From Eimeria praecox (lineage: Eukaryota), in NCBI GenBank assembly GCA_963920595.1, contig OY986950.1, positions 3,782,001 through 3,846,000 on the forward strand: DNA of 64,000 nt, read 5' to 3'. The notes under the pieces are model-generated. The model had not been told where the DNA came from and did not search any database. It saw nothing but the letters and a program-made list of their open reading frames with translations. Shown here piece by piece: positions 35,524-48,846 of this stretch. Position 1 is the first letter of the stretch. Every line of letters starts with the position of its first letter. The position numbers were made by a program, and so were the translations under genes.

Positions 35524-36900
35524 GCAGCAATGTGTAGTAATAGCAGGGAAGAATAGAACGTATCCTAATACATTAAAAGGATATATAAGAGACAAAGAAT
35601 ATATAGAAAAGATAATTGAGATCGTTGGTTGTTGTCCTCGGCTCTTAGAGGCTGGCGCTCTTACCTATGATCAGATCTATGCTCAGGTAGATATAATGGC
35701 TGTCTCCTTTATTGTACTGTCTGTCTCTGTCTCCTTTATTATACTGTCTCCTTTATTATACTGTCTCCTTTATTATACTGGCTGTCTCTGTCTCCTTTAT
35801 TATACTGTCTCCTTTATTATACTGTCTCCTTTATTATACTGTCTCCTTTATTATAATGGCTGTCTCTGTCTCCTTTATTATACTGTCTCCTTTATTATAC
35901 TGTCTCCTTTATTATACTGTCTCCTTTATTATAATGGCTGTCTCTGTCTCCTTTATTATACTGTCTGTCTCCTTTATTATACTGTCTCCTTTATTATACT
36001 GTCTCCTTTATTATACTGTCTGTCTCCTTTATTATACTGTCTCCTTTATTATACTGTCTCCTTTATTATACTGTCTGTCTCTGTCTCCTTTGTTATCCTG
36101 TCTGTCTCCTTTCTTATACTGTCTGTCTCCTTTCTTATACTGTCTGTCTCCTTTCTTATACTGTCTGTCTCCTTTCTTATACTGTCTGTCTCCTTTATTA
36201 TACTGTCTGTCTCCTTTATTATACTGTCTGTCTCCTTTATTATACTGTCTGTCTCCTTTATTATACTGTCTGTCTCCTTTATTATACTGTCTGTCTCCTT
36301 TATTATACTGTCTGTCTCCTTTATTATACTGTCTGTCTCCTTTATTATACTGTCTGTCTCTGTCTCCCTCCTTACACTGTCTGTCTCCTTTATTATACTG
36401 TCTGTCTCCTTTATTATACTGTCTCCTTTCTTATACTGTCTCCTTCCTTATACTATCTCCCTTCTTATACTGCCTGTCTCCCTTCTTATACTGTCTGTCT
36501 CCTTTCTTATACTGTCTCCTTCATCATACTGTCTCCTTTCGTATACTATCTGTCTCCTTCCTTATACTCTCTGTCTCCCTACTTATATTCTCTGTCTCTT
36601 TTATTCTACTGTCTCCTTTCTTTCTACTGTCTCCTTTCTTTCTATTGTCTGTCTCCTTTGTCTGTCTCTTCTCTAAGCCTGTCCCCATTAACTGTCTCCT
36701 GTCTCCTCCTCACTGTGTGTAGTGCTACAGCTATACTGCTGCTGCTACTATAGTGTTTCTGCTGCTCCTCCTGCTGCTGTTGCTGCTGCTGCATGTGCTG
36801 CTGCTGCATGTGCTGCTGTTGCTGTTGCTGCTGCTGCATGTGCTGCTGTTGCTGCTGTTGCATGTGCTGCTGCTGCTGCATGTGCTGCTGCTGCTGCATG

Positions 36901-36941
<41 letters not shown>

Positions 36942-37333
36942 TTGTTTAGGCTGGAGGTGTGTTATTGAAGCGTCAAGTAATGTCTGTGGGTGTTGAGGAG
37001 GAGACAGTAGCAGACATTGAGGGGCAAGTAGCATTGAAGAGTAGTTTAGGAGACAGAAGATTATTAGAGCCATTATTATTATTACCTTCAAAGATATTGA
37101 TAGAATTATTATACGATACTAATTCTACTGTCCCTCTTCATACACTTGCTTCAATTGTACAATCTATACATGTTTATCAATTACAATTATTAGAATATAT
37201 TCAAACACAATTTAATAATCATATCTATCCATATATACTTCCTCCCTTTCATATTTTATTTAATTTCCTGACACCTGCCATGGCATGGAGCTTTATTAGA
37301 CCTGCCTTGCCTGACTTCCTTACTACTACTACT

Positions 37334-37370
<37 letters not shown>

Positions 37371-37718
37371 GGAGCAGCAGCAGCAGCAGCAGCAGCAGCG
37401 GGAGCAGCAGCAGCAGCAGCAGCGGGAGCAGCAGCAGCAGCAGCAGCAGCAAGGGAGGCATGCAGCAAGCAGCAGCGATGGAAGTAGATGAGCCCACAAC
37501 CTCAGACAGCAGCAGCACAACACCTACGAAACCAGCAGCAGCAGCAGCAGCAGCAGCAAGTGCTGCTGCTGCTGCTGCTGCTGCTGCTGTAGAAGAAGGA
37601 GAGCATAGTCCTTCTTGCGGCGGTGTCTCCAACAGCAGCACCGTCGAGCCTAGATTCACAGGTATTTCTCCTGCAGCAGCAACAGCAGCAGCAGCAATAG
37701 CAGCAGCAGCAATAGCAG

Positions 37719-37771
<53 letters not shown>

Positions 37772-37846
37772 ACAACAGCAGCAGCAGCAACAACAGTAGG
37801 GTGTGCTTGTGGGATATGCTGTGTTATTGTGTTTGCTGCTGCTGCT

Positions 37847-37905
<59 letters not shown>

Positions 37906-38384
37906 AGATAACTGGGCAGACTGCATGATGCCGCTGCTGAAGCCATCAGGTATAGACCCGCAGCAGCTAGAGGGGGTGTCTGTACACCTGGTGCTGCTGT
38001 TTTGGAGGCTGTCTCTCGAGGATATTGTTGTCCCCGATAAACAATACGAAGCATGTATTAATAAAATACAAACAAGTATTAATGATGTTAGTATTATTAT
38101 TTATATAAACCCTAAACCCTAAACCCTAAACCCTAAACCCTAAACCCTAAACCCTAGAAACGACCTTGCAAATACTTATGCATGTACTCTCAAACCTGTT
38201 GCTGCTGCCTATACACCCGAGAATGTATTGTTTAATTGAGGACGTTGGTGTTTAGTAGCGTCTTACAGCTTATAAGCAACAGCAGCAGCAGTTACAGCAG
38301 CAGCAGCAACAGCAGCAGCAGCAACAGCAGCAGCAGCAACAGCAGCAGCAGCAACAGCATCAACAGCAACAGCATCAACGACAA

Positions 38385-38419
<35 letters not shown>

Positions 38420-38429
38420 CCAGCAGCAA

Positions 38430-38462
<33 letters not shown>

Positions 38463-38548
38463 GGGTATCTAAGGGTGTGTGTGGGTATGTGTGCAGACGC
38501 AGCGAGCTATCGAAGACATCGAGCGTTTCCGTCGTAACAACAGCAGCA

Positions 38549-38600
<52 letters not shown>

Positions 38601-38798
38601 CCAACAGCAGCAATGATAGCAGCAGGTGCCGTAAATTATAGTAAGAGAGAAGAAGAAAGATTAAAGAAGAAGAAGATAAAAAACAAACAACAGAAGAAAG
38701 ATTTAGAGGAAGAGTGGATGCAGCATAGAGAGAGACAGAAGCAGGTAATTGCTGCTTTGAAAGCAGCTAGTACATCGTGGCTGCTGCTGCAGCCAGAC

Positions 38799-38837
<39 letters not shown>

Positions 38838-38959
38838 CAACAGCAGCAGCAGCAGCAGCAGCAGGACCAGCACCAGGTGCTGCTGCATGCAGACAGCTGC
38901 GAGTCTGATGGTGCTTCCTCTGTATTAACGCTAAGCCGCCGCAGCAGCACAACAGAAGA

Positions 38960-39018
<59 letters not shown>

Positions 39019-39093
39019 GCAATGTTAGAGATACCATCAAACGCTCGAATTCCAATTCTAATGAAGATACACACATAGACACAAAGACACCTG

Positions 39094-39125
<32 letters not shown>

Positions 39126-39201
39126 ACAGCAGCAACAGCACCCTCAGCCTCCTCCTCCTCAACAACAGCAACAACAGCAACACCAGCAGCACCAGCAGCA
39201 C

Positions 39202-39234
<33 letters not shown>

Positions 39235-39761
39235 AAGGGGCAAGTCGTCGGGGTCCGTATGTCCTTCGTTTTATGATAAAACATATGTTATCTCAGCGAG
39301 TAATAAACTCAGAGGTAGATGCTGTATATACAGCTGCGTTTATTTGGTTGCTAACTTCTCTTCGTGTTTCTCTTTTCAACTTCTTAGATTTTATGAATAT
39401 ATGGACCAGAATGCTGGTACCGATCATCAGGTAGGACCTCATACTGATGCTGATGCTGATGCTGCTGCTGCTGCTGGTGTTGATGGTGGTGGTGATGGGG
39501 GTGCTGCTGCTGTTGCTGCTGCTGCTGTTGCTGCTGCTGTTCCTGCTGCTGTTCCTGCTGCTGCTGCTGCTGCTGGTGTTGATGGGCGTGCGGGTGCTGC
39601 TGCTGCTGCTGCTGCTGGTGTTGATGGGGTTGCGGGTGCTGCTGCGGGTGCTGGAGGTATTGCTGCTGCTGCTTCTGGTGCTGCAGTAGTTGCTGCTGCA
39701 GCAAAGGCAGCAGCAGCAACAGCAGTAGTAGAAGAAGAAGACACGTGCTGCTGGAGTTTGT

Positions 39762-39809
<48 letters not shown>

Positions 39810-40977
39810 GTATATATAAATAAATAAATAAATAAATATATTTGTGTGTACAGGAGCAGCACGGAGCGTGAAGCTCAGATGTTAGGTTATTTGTAGCTGA
39901 GATATTATCTCCAATACAGAAATGGTTGAGAGACAGAGAGATATTTGAGAAGGAGACAGAGAATAATTGTTGTTTTGGTCTAACATATAAATATACAGAT
40001 AATAAAGCAAGCCATCATCATATTATGAAAGGAGCGAAGAAATGGGAGGCCAGAATACTTGAAGGCCTTATACAATGTATAGTTTATTTATATATTTATA
40101 TTTATATATTTATTTATTTATTTATATTTATATTGTTATTTAGAAGGTCTTAGGGTTTAGGGGTGATAGGGTTTAGGGGTGATAGGGTTTAGGGGTGATA
40201 GGGTTTAGGGGTGATAGGGTTTAGGGGTGATAGGGTTTAGGGGTGATAGGGTTTAGGGGTGATAGGGTTTAGGGGTGATAGGGTTTAGGGGTGATAGGGT
40301 TTAGGGGTGATAGGGTTTAGGGGTGATAGGGTTTAGGGGTGATAGGGTTTAGGGTTTAGGGGTGATAGGGTTTATTTAGGGTTTAGGGGTGAGAGGGTTT
40401 AGGGGTGCTAGGGTTTATATAGGGTTTAGGGGTGAGAGGGTTTAGGGGTGCTAGGGTTCATTTAGGGTTTAGGGTTTAGGGGTGTTAGGGTTTAGGGTTT
40501 AGGGGTATTAGGGTTTAGGGCTTAGGGGTGCTAGGGTTTAGGGTTTAGGGGTGCTAGGTTTTGGGTTGTTAGGGTTTAGGGCTGTTCGGATTGTTAGGGT
40601 ATAAGGGTAGAAGTGTAGGGTTTTGATGTTCTAGGGTTTAGGGTTTAGGGTTTAGGGTTTAGGGTTTTCTGTTGTGTATGTTTATTTGGTATTAATATAA
40701 ATATATCTTATCTTAGATATTTGTATTGCCTGTCTCCTTTGGGGTGTCTACGCAGGTCTTCCTGCTGCACCCTCCTCTTCCTCTTCCTGTTCTACTGCAG
40801 CAGCAGCAGCAGCAGCAACCACAACAACAGCAGCAGCAGCAGCAGCACCAAGTTGGTTGAGTGCGAAGGCAGCAGTAGTGTTTCTCTCTCGGTGTCATCA
40901 CACATTCCCTCTCACTTATAAGAAGGGCCTAGAGCTTATTAATAGGCTTCAAGATACCCTCGCTGCTGCACAGGTAT

Positions 40978-41022
<45 letters not shown>

Positions 41023-41518
41023 GCGGTGGTGGTGGTGCTGCTGCTGCTGCGGCTGCTGCTGGCGGTGGTGGTGCTGCTGCTGCTGCTGGCGGTGGTGGTG
41101 GTGCTGCTGTTGCTGCTGCTGCGGCTGCTGCTGGCGGTGGTGGTGGTGCTGCTGTTGCTGCTGCTGCGGCTGCTGCTGGCGGTGGTGGTGGTGGTGCAGC
41201 TGCTGCTGCTTCTGTTTCTCTGTCTCTGTTCTTCTCTCTCTCTCTCTGCCTCTCAGTCTCTGTCCCTATTTCTCTTTATTTGTCTCTGTTCCTATCTCTC
41301 TGTCTGTCTATCTGTCTCTCTCTGTCTCTCTCTGTCTCTCTGTCTCTTTCTCTTATACTGTCTCTCTCTATCTGTCTCTCTCTGTCTGTCTCTGTCTGTC
41401 TCTCTCTGTCTCTCTCCTTCTGTCTCCTACTGTCTCTCTTTCTATCTCTTTCTGTCTCTGTCTTTCTTACGTCTACTGCTTGAGCTCAACTCATCATACT
41501 ATCTCTAACTACGTATAC

Positions 41519-41559
<41 letters not shown>

Positions 41560-41849
41560 GAGTAGAGTATAAATATTTAATTCTATGGAGACGATTAGTA
41601 AATACCTTGTGTATCTTCTATCCGTCTAGCTAGCTAGCCAGCTGTCTAGCTAGCTAGCTAGCTAGCTGCTTAGGTATATGAGGTAGGAGTTAGTTTGCTG
41701 CTGCTGCCGCTGCTGCTGCTGCAGGCATATAACTGGAAGGACGTGTGTCTCTCTGCTAGCAGCATCTTGAAGTTACTAGCGAAGCATCAGCGTGAGGGGC
41801 TGTGGCTAGACCCTCCACCTGCAGCAGCAGCAGCAGCAACAACAACAAC

Positions 41850-41881
<32 letters not shown>

Positions 41882-41939
41882 GTGCAGCAGCAACAGCAGC
41901 ACCTGCAGCAGCAACAGAGGATAAGACAAAGCCATATAT

Positions 41940-41973
<34 letters not shown>

Positions 41974-42083
41974 ACTCCAGCGAATGCAGCACCAAAGAAG
42001 AGAGCCCTTACGCAGCAGCAGCAGCACGAAACCAGCAGCAGCAGCAGCAGCAGCAGCAACAAGACAGCAGAGACACCTAGGGT

Positions 42084-42117
<34 letters not shown>

Positions 42118-42425
42118 GGGGGAGGAGTGTCTCCTTTCAGCAGCACAGGCTCTAGAGTCAAGAATGCTCTGACAGGGCTTACAGGAGAGACACAAGCTAA
42201 ACGAGTTAGAAATATATTTAATATTAATTAATTAATTAATTAATTAATTAATTAATATTAAATATATTAAATAAATAATAAATAGAGAGAGAGACAAACA
42301 CAGATATAAACAACAAACAGTTGTAGAGAGAGAAAACACACAAAAATAAATAATTGGATAAACGGAGACACAAAACAAAATCAAAGAGACAGAGAGACAG
42401 ACAGACAGACAGAGAGAGACAGACA

Positions 42426-42481
<56 letters not shown>

Positions 42482-42686
42482 GACAGAGAGACAGAGAGAC
42501 AGACAGAGAGAGAGAGAGAGGCAGACAGACAGACAGAGAGAGAGAGAGAGACAGAGAGACAGAGAGACAGAGACAGAGAGTCAGAGAGAGACAGGGAGAC
42601 AGAGAGACAGAGAGACGGAGATACAGAGACAGAGAGAGAGAGAGGGAGAGACGGAGAGAGACACAGACAGAGAGACAAAGAAAGAC

Positions 42687-42717
<31 letters not shown>

Positions 42718-42811
42718 AAGAGACAGAGAAAGAAAGAGACAGATAATGCGTACGTCGCCTCCAGCACAAAACTGTTGTGTCTTTGTTGGTTTGTCTTGCA
42801 GGCAAAAACTG

Positions 42812-42852
<41 letters not shown>

Positions 42853-43467
42853 ACAGCAGCAACAACATCAACAGCAACAGGATCAACAGCAGCAGCAGCA
42901 CCTCCACCGTCAGATACTACGACGAGCAGCAACAGCAGCAGTAGCAGCAGCAACAACAGCAGCAGCAACAACAGCAGCAGCAACAGCAGCAGCAGCAAAC
43001 CCCAGACGCGTCCTGCTTCTTCTTCTTCTTCTTCTTCTTCTTCTGCAGCAGCAGCAGCAGCAACACCTGCTGCAGCAACTGCTGCAGCTTCTACACCCAC
43101 TACAACAGCATCAGGAGGAGGAGGAGCAGCAGCAGCAGCTGCTGCTGCTCCTGCTGCTGCTGCTGCTGCTGCACCCCCTGTGCGTAGGAGTCCCCTTGGC
43201 CCTGAGGCTGTCTCCTTAATGAAGGCGAGGATGGCGGGCCTCACAACAGCAGCAGCATCTCCTCAGGCCCCCAGCAGCAGCAGCAGCAGCAGCAGCAACA
43301 ATGCGAGCAGCAAAAGCAGCCGCAGTAGCAGCAGCAGCAGCAGCAGCAGCAAAACCAGCAGCAGCAGCAGCAGCAACAGTGGATCCTCCCCAAGGCCTCC
43401 TCGCCCAGGTGAGGGGCCCTCAGGGGGATCTCGGGGGGCCCCCTTTGCCGTTCACCCTTCTGCACCT

Positions 43468-43504
<37 letters not shown>

Positions 43505-43670
43505 GCAGCAGCGGGAGAACAGAGGCAACATCATCACGGGCGCATCGCGATGGAGGAGGAGGCTCCAAGATAGCTGATGCTGCGCGTCGTCAGCAAGACA
43601 GCGGCAGCCGCAGCAGCAGCAGAGGAGGTGCTGCTGCTGCAGGCACCTCAGGCAACAGCGGAGCAGCACC

Positions 43671-43705
<35 letters not shown>

Positions 43706-44039
43706 GGAGAGGACATGCTGGGGACGGGAGTCACGGGTCAAGGAACCGAAGTAGCTCCTCTGGCAGCGGCAGCAGCAGCAGCAGCAGCAGCAGAGATGCG
43801 GGCAGCAGCAGCAGCAGCAGCAGACAGCAGCAACATCGCAGCAGCAGCAGCAGCAGCAACAGCAACAACAGCAGCAGTAGCAGCACGAGGGAAGCAGACG
43901 GTGCTGCAGCTAGCAGCAGAAACCTTACATCAAGGAGCAGCCATACAAATGCTGGTAGCCGCAGCGGGAGCAGCAGCACAACTGTAGAAGCTAGGCCTCC
44001 CTCTAGCAGCAGCAACAGCAGCAACAGCAGCAGCAACAG

Positions 44040-44074
<35 letters not shown>

Positions 44075-44194
44075 GAGACAGCAACAGGCCGCGCACACAT
44101 ACGCATGCATCCTCTGCTTCTCGAGGCAGCAGCAGCAACACAGGAAAGCTTAGGGCTGCGCCTAAGGCTCCCCCCCCTATTGTTGCTCCTCGGC

Positions 44195-44228
<34 letters not shown>

Positions 44229-44434
44229 ACCTGCTGCATGCGCAGCTGCTGGAGCTTCTCATCAACCCGCCCAGTCCGGTGTACCTGCTGGTGTCAGCAA
44301 CAGCAGCAGCAGCAACAGCAGCAGCAACAGCAGCAGCAACAGCAGCAGCAACAGCAGCAGCAGCGGCACAGACGCCGTCGCTCGCGTACCCTCTAACCGC
44401 ACTCACGTAAGGTTTATTTTGCTGCTGTTGTTTT

Positions 44435-44476
<42 letters not shown>

Positions 44477-44576
44477 TCCAGCTGCTGCTGTTGCTGCTGT
44501 CAGCTGTCTTTGAATGGCTGTTTGTCTCTGTTTATGTTGTGCTGCAGAGCGGGGGTGAAGGCGCCTCAGGGAACAG

Positions 44577-44617
<41 letters not shown>

Positions 44618-44719
44618 GCAGTAGCAGCAGCAGCGGCTGGAACAGTAAGAGAGAAAACAGCTCTGCAGCAGGAGAGGAAGATAGGAAGAGACAGCGCGTC
44701 TCCGAAGGGGCTGAGGGCC

Positions 44720-44750
<31 letters not shown>

Positions 44751-44751
44751 T

Positions 44752-44782
<31 letters not shown>

Positions 44783-45075
44783 GCAGCAGCAGCAGAGGGT
44801 CTGGCTCACGCAGCAAAGTTAAGAAGCCTCCTGTGCCTGCTCCTGTTTCTGCTGCAGTGCCGCTAGCCCCTGCTGCTGCTGCTGCAGCAGCAGCAGCAGG
44901 TGCACCTCCACCACCACCACCAACAGCAGCAGCAGCAGCAGCAGGAACAGCAGCAGCAACAGCAGCAACAGCAGCAGCAGCAGCAGCAACAAGTGCTGCT
45001 GCTGATGGCAGCATACCGCAGCCAAGGAATGCGTTGTTTGCTCAACATGCAGAACAGAGACACCCGCGTACTTAA
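24182..45075 (+). CDS. THOC2: THO complex subunit 2 (TREX mRNA export), ~21 exons: 24182-24613, 24977-26162, 26860-27185, 27545-27895, 28203-28312, 28807-29111, 29164-29485, 29969-30145, 31407-32109, 32691-32858, 33442-33630, 34510-34685, 35377-35686, 36950-37661, 37908-38086, 38497-39430, 39854-40076, 40756-40973, 41725-42204, 42802-44406, 44548-45075. Apparent frame breaks near 38600 and 39891
   Basis: Colinear THO2-like blocks: [141 protein letters not shown]; long S/R-rich low-complexity tail. GT-AG boundaries are phase-consistent except at the two noted breaks. Confidence 0.88.
30165..31390 (+). repeat. Intronic TATACTGTCTCC minisatellite grading into (CT/CTGT)n
   Basis: Tandem units start ~20 nt after the donor at 30146. 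Confidence 0.9.
33633..33840 (+). repeat. (AAACCCT)n array starting at the donor; similar short arrays at ~24812-24853 and ~38107-38156
   Basis: GTAAACCCTAAACCCT at 33631. Confidence 0.95.
35695..36700 (+). repeat. Intronic minisatellite, core 21 bp TTT(A/C)TTATACTGTCTGTCTCC
   Basis: Tandem units in THOC2 intron 35687-36949. Confidence 0.92.
40150..40667 (+). repeat. G-rich telomere-derived array: 16 bp TAGGGTTTAGGGGTGA units then (AGGGTTT)n; G-quadruplex-capable
   Basis: Direct reading; lies in THOC2 intron 40077-40755. Confidence 0.93.
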
Positions 45076-45159
45076 ATATTTTTCTACTGTCTCCTTTTAG
45101 GGGAGACAGTATAATTTCAAACAATTACTCTTATCTATTTATTTATTTATTTATTTATT

Positions 45160-45199
<40 letters not shown>

Positions 45200-45254
45200 T
45201 GTGCTGTGTTTATTTTATAACAAACTCGCAGATGATGTTCGTGCTTCTGCTGTT

Positions 45255-48240
45255 AAGGAGAGACACTTAACGAGACAAACTAAGAAATAGGAGACAGTTG
45301 ATAGGAGACAGACAGAGACAGAGACAGAGAGGGAGAGAGAGAGACAGTTGATAGGAGACAGACAGAGACAGAGACAGAGAGAGAGAGAGATAGTTGATAG
45401 GAGACAGACAGAGACAGAGACAGAGACAGAGAGAGAGAGACAGTTGATAGGAGACAGAGAGACAGAGAGACAGTTGATAGGAGAGAGAGACAGAGACAGA
45501 GAGAGAGAGACAGTTGATAGGGAACAGGGGAAGAGAGACAGTTGATAGGAGACAGAGAGAGACAGAGACAGAGAGAGACAGAGGAAGAGAGACAGAGAGA
45601 GACAGGCAGAAACAGACAGAGACAGAGACAGTTGACAGGAGACAGCGAAGGACAGAGAGAGAGAGACAGAGAGACAGTTGACAGGAGACAGAGAAGGACA
45701 GAGAGAGACACAAAGAGAGGCAGAGACAGTTGATAGGAGACAGAGACAGAGACAGACAGTTGATAGGAGACAGAGACAGACAGTTGATAGGAGACAGAGA
45801 CAGACACAGACAGTTGATAGGAGACAGAGACAGAGACAGACACAGACAGTTGATAGGAGACAGAGACAGAGACAGACAGTTGATAGGACACAGAGCCAGA
45901 GACAGACAGTTGATTGGAGGCAGAGACAGAGACAGACAGTTGATAGGAGACAGAGACAGAGACAGAGACAGACAGATGATAGGAGACAGAGACAGAGACA
46001 GACAGTTGATAGGAGACAGAGACAGAGAGACAGTTGATAGGAGACACCGAGGCGTGTATCTCTCGATGTTTGTTTCTTCATTGAAGTAAGAAAGCAGAAA
46101 TGCTGAAGTGAAGAGACAGAGAGAAGAGACAGTTATAAGGGGAGACAGTTATAAGAGGAGACAGGTATAAGAGGAGACAGTTATAGGAGGAGACAGTTAT
46201 AAGAGGAGACAGTTATAAGAGGAGACAGTTATAAGAGGAGACAGGAATGAAAGGAGACAGTTAAAGGGAGACAGTAATAAAAGGAGACAGTAATAGAAGG
46301 AGACAGTAATAGAAGGAGACAGTAGGAAGGAGACAGTAATAGAAGGAGACAGTAATAAAAGGAGACAGTAGGAAGGAGACAGTTATGAGGAGACACTTAT
46401 AAAAGGAGACAGATAATCAAAAGAGACAGTGATAAAAGGAGACCGACAGTAAGCAAAGGAGACAGACAATAAGAAGAGGAGACAGATAATAAAAGGAGAC
46501 AGACAACAAATAAAAGGAGACAGATAACAAACAAAAGGAGACAGATAATAAAAGGAGACAGATAATAAAAGGAGACAGACAATAAATAAAAGGAGACAGA
46601 CAATAAATAAAAGGAGACAGACAATAAATAAAAGGAGACAGACAACAAAAAGAGACAGATAATAAATAAAAGGAGACAGTTAAAAAAGGAGACAGATAAG
46701 AAAAGGAGACAGACAGTAAGAAAAGGAGACAGATAACAAAAGGAGACAGATAACAAAAGGAGACAGATAATAAAAGGAGACAGATAATAAATAAAAGGAG
46801 ACAGACAACAAAAAGAGACAGATAATAAATAAAAGGAGACAGTAATAAAAGGAGACAGATGATAAAAGGAGACAGATAATAATAATAAAAGGAGACAGAT
46901 AATAAATAAAAGGAGACAGACAACAAAGAGAGACAGATAATAAATAAAAGGAGACAGTAATAAAAGGAGACAGATGATAAAAGGAGACAGATAATAATAA
47001 TAAAAGGAGACAGATAATAAATAAAAGGAGACAGACAACAAAGAGAGACAGATAATAAATAAAAGGAGACAGTAATAAAAGGAGACAGATAATAAAAGGA
47101 GACAGATAATAATAATAAAAGGAGACAGATAATAAATAAAAGGAGACAGACAACAAAGAGAGACAGATAATAAATAAAAGGAGACAGTAATAAAAGGAGA
47201 CAGATAATAAAAGGAGACAGATAATAATAATAAAAGGAGACAGATAATAAATAAAAGGAGACAGACAACAAAGAGAGACAGATAATAAATAAAAGGAGAC
47301 AGTAATAAAAGGAGACAGATAATAAAAGGAGACAGATAATAATAATAAAAGGAGACAGATAATAAATAAAAGGAGACAGACAACAAAGAGAGACAGATAA
47401 TAAATAAAAGGAGACAGTAATAAAAGGAGACAGATGATAAAAGGAGACAGATAATAATAATAAAAGGAGACAGATAATAAATAAAAGGAGACAGACAACA
47501 AAGAGAGACAGATAATAAATAAAAGGAGACAGTAATAAAAGGAGACAGATAATAAAAGGAGACAGATAATAATAATAAAAGGAGACAGATAATAAATAAA
47601 AGGAGACAGACAACAAAGAGAGACAGATAATAAATAAAAGGAGACAGTAATAAAAGGAGACAGATAATAAAAGGAGACAGATAATAATAATAAAAGGAGA
47701 CAGATAATAAATAAAAGGAGACAGACAACAAAGAGAGACAGATAATAAATAAAAGGAGACAGTAATAAAAGGAGACAGATAATAAAAGGAGACAGATAAT
47801 AATAATAAAAGGAGACAGATAATAAATAAAAGGAGACAGACAACAAAGAGAGACAGATAATAAATAAAAGGAGACAGTAATAAAAGGAGACAGATAATAA
47901 AAGGAGACAGATAATAATAATAAAAGGAGACAGATAATAAATAAAAGGAGACAGACAACAAAGAGAGACAGATAATAAATAAAAGGAGACAGTAATAAAA
48001 GGAGACAGATAATAAAAGGAGACAGATAATAATAATAAAAGGAGACAGATAATAAATAAAAGGAGACAGACAACAAAGAGAGACAGATAATAAATAAACG
48101 GAGACAGTTAAAAAAGGAGACAGATAATAAAAGGAGACAGATAATAATAATAAAAGGAGACAGATAATAAATAAAAGGAGACAGACAACAAAGAGAGACA
48201 GATAATAAATAAAAGGAGACAGTTAAAAAAGGAGACAGAC
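45255..48240 (-). repeat. ~3 kb GGAGACAG-core satellite block between convergent genes, including ~12 copies of a 115 bp higher-order unit (~46830-48240)
   Basis: Marker CAACAAAGAGAGACAG recurs every 115 nt from 46921 to 48186. Sub-arrays GACAGTTGATAGGA (~45290-46045) and GACAGTTATAAGAGGA (~46125-46240). Confidence 0.93.
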
Positions 48241-48243
48241 ACC

Positions 48244-48563
48244 TCAGCCTGTGCTGACATCGCTGAGGTGCGTCCATAGCGCCGAGGCTGTTGCTGCTCC
48301 TAGCACTAATAAGGTGTATATACACTGCAAAGAGGCTCCTAACACCAGCCAACTCTGCTGCTGCTGCTGCCGTTGCTGCAGCAGCAGCTGCTGCTGCTGC
48401 TGCTGATAGTTGTTACCTGAAAGGCCCCAGCTACCCCACTGCATGCAGCTATAAACAGCAGCAGGCAAATCTCTAATTGTCTCCTTAATTTTTAACGACA
48501 AAGGAGACAGAAGCCACAGGGGGGAGGAGACACTGGCTACAGAACACCCCGAAGAACCCTCCT

Positions 48564-48618
<55 letters not shown>

Positions 48619-48792
48619 GTGGTCTCCTGCTGCTGCTGCATGCAGCCGCTTACGCTGCTTCAACACTTCTAAGAGACAGCTAGCTGTTAGACCTGAGGCC
48701 TTCAGAGCCTCCACGGAGACACTAGAGCTAGCAGCTATCATCAGCAGCTGCTGCAGCGCCTCGTTTGGTAGAGTCGTCGTCCCCTTGACACA

Positions 48793-48846
<54 letters not shown>

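Noticed and set aside
38497..39930. THOC2 as a pseudogene
   Set aside because: About 21 exons keep splice phase and conserved blocks; isolated single-base breaks fit assembly error better.
45255..48240. Repeat-spacer pattern resembling a CRISPR array
   Set aside because: Spacers are short, AT-rich and themselves repeated; eukaryotic context; no cas genes.
46397..48352. Long hydrophobic ORFs of 651, 514 and 388 aa on the minus strand
   Set aside because: Open in all three frames because they translate the 115 bp satellite; no non-repetitive content except the overlap with the real gene end.
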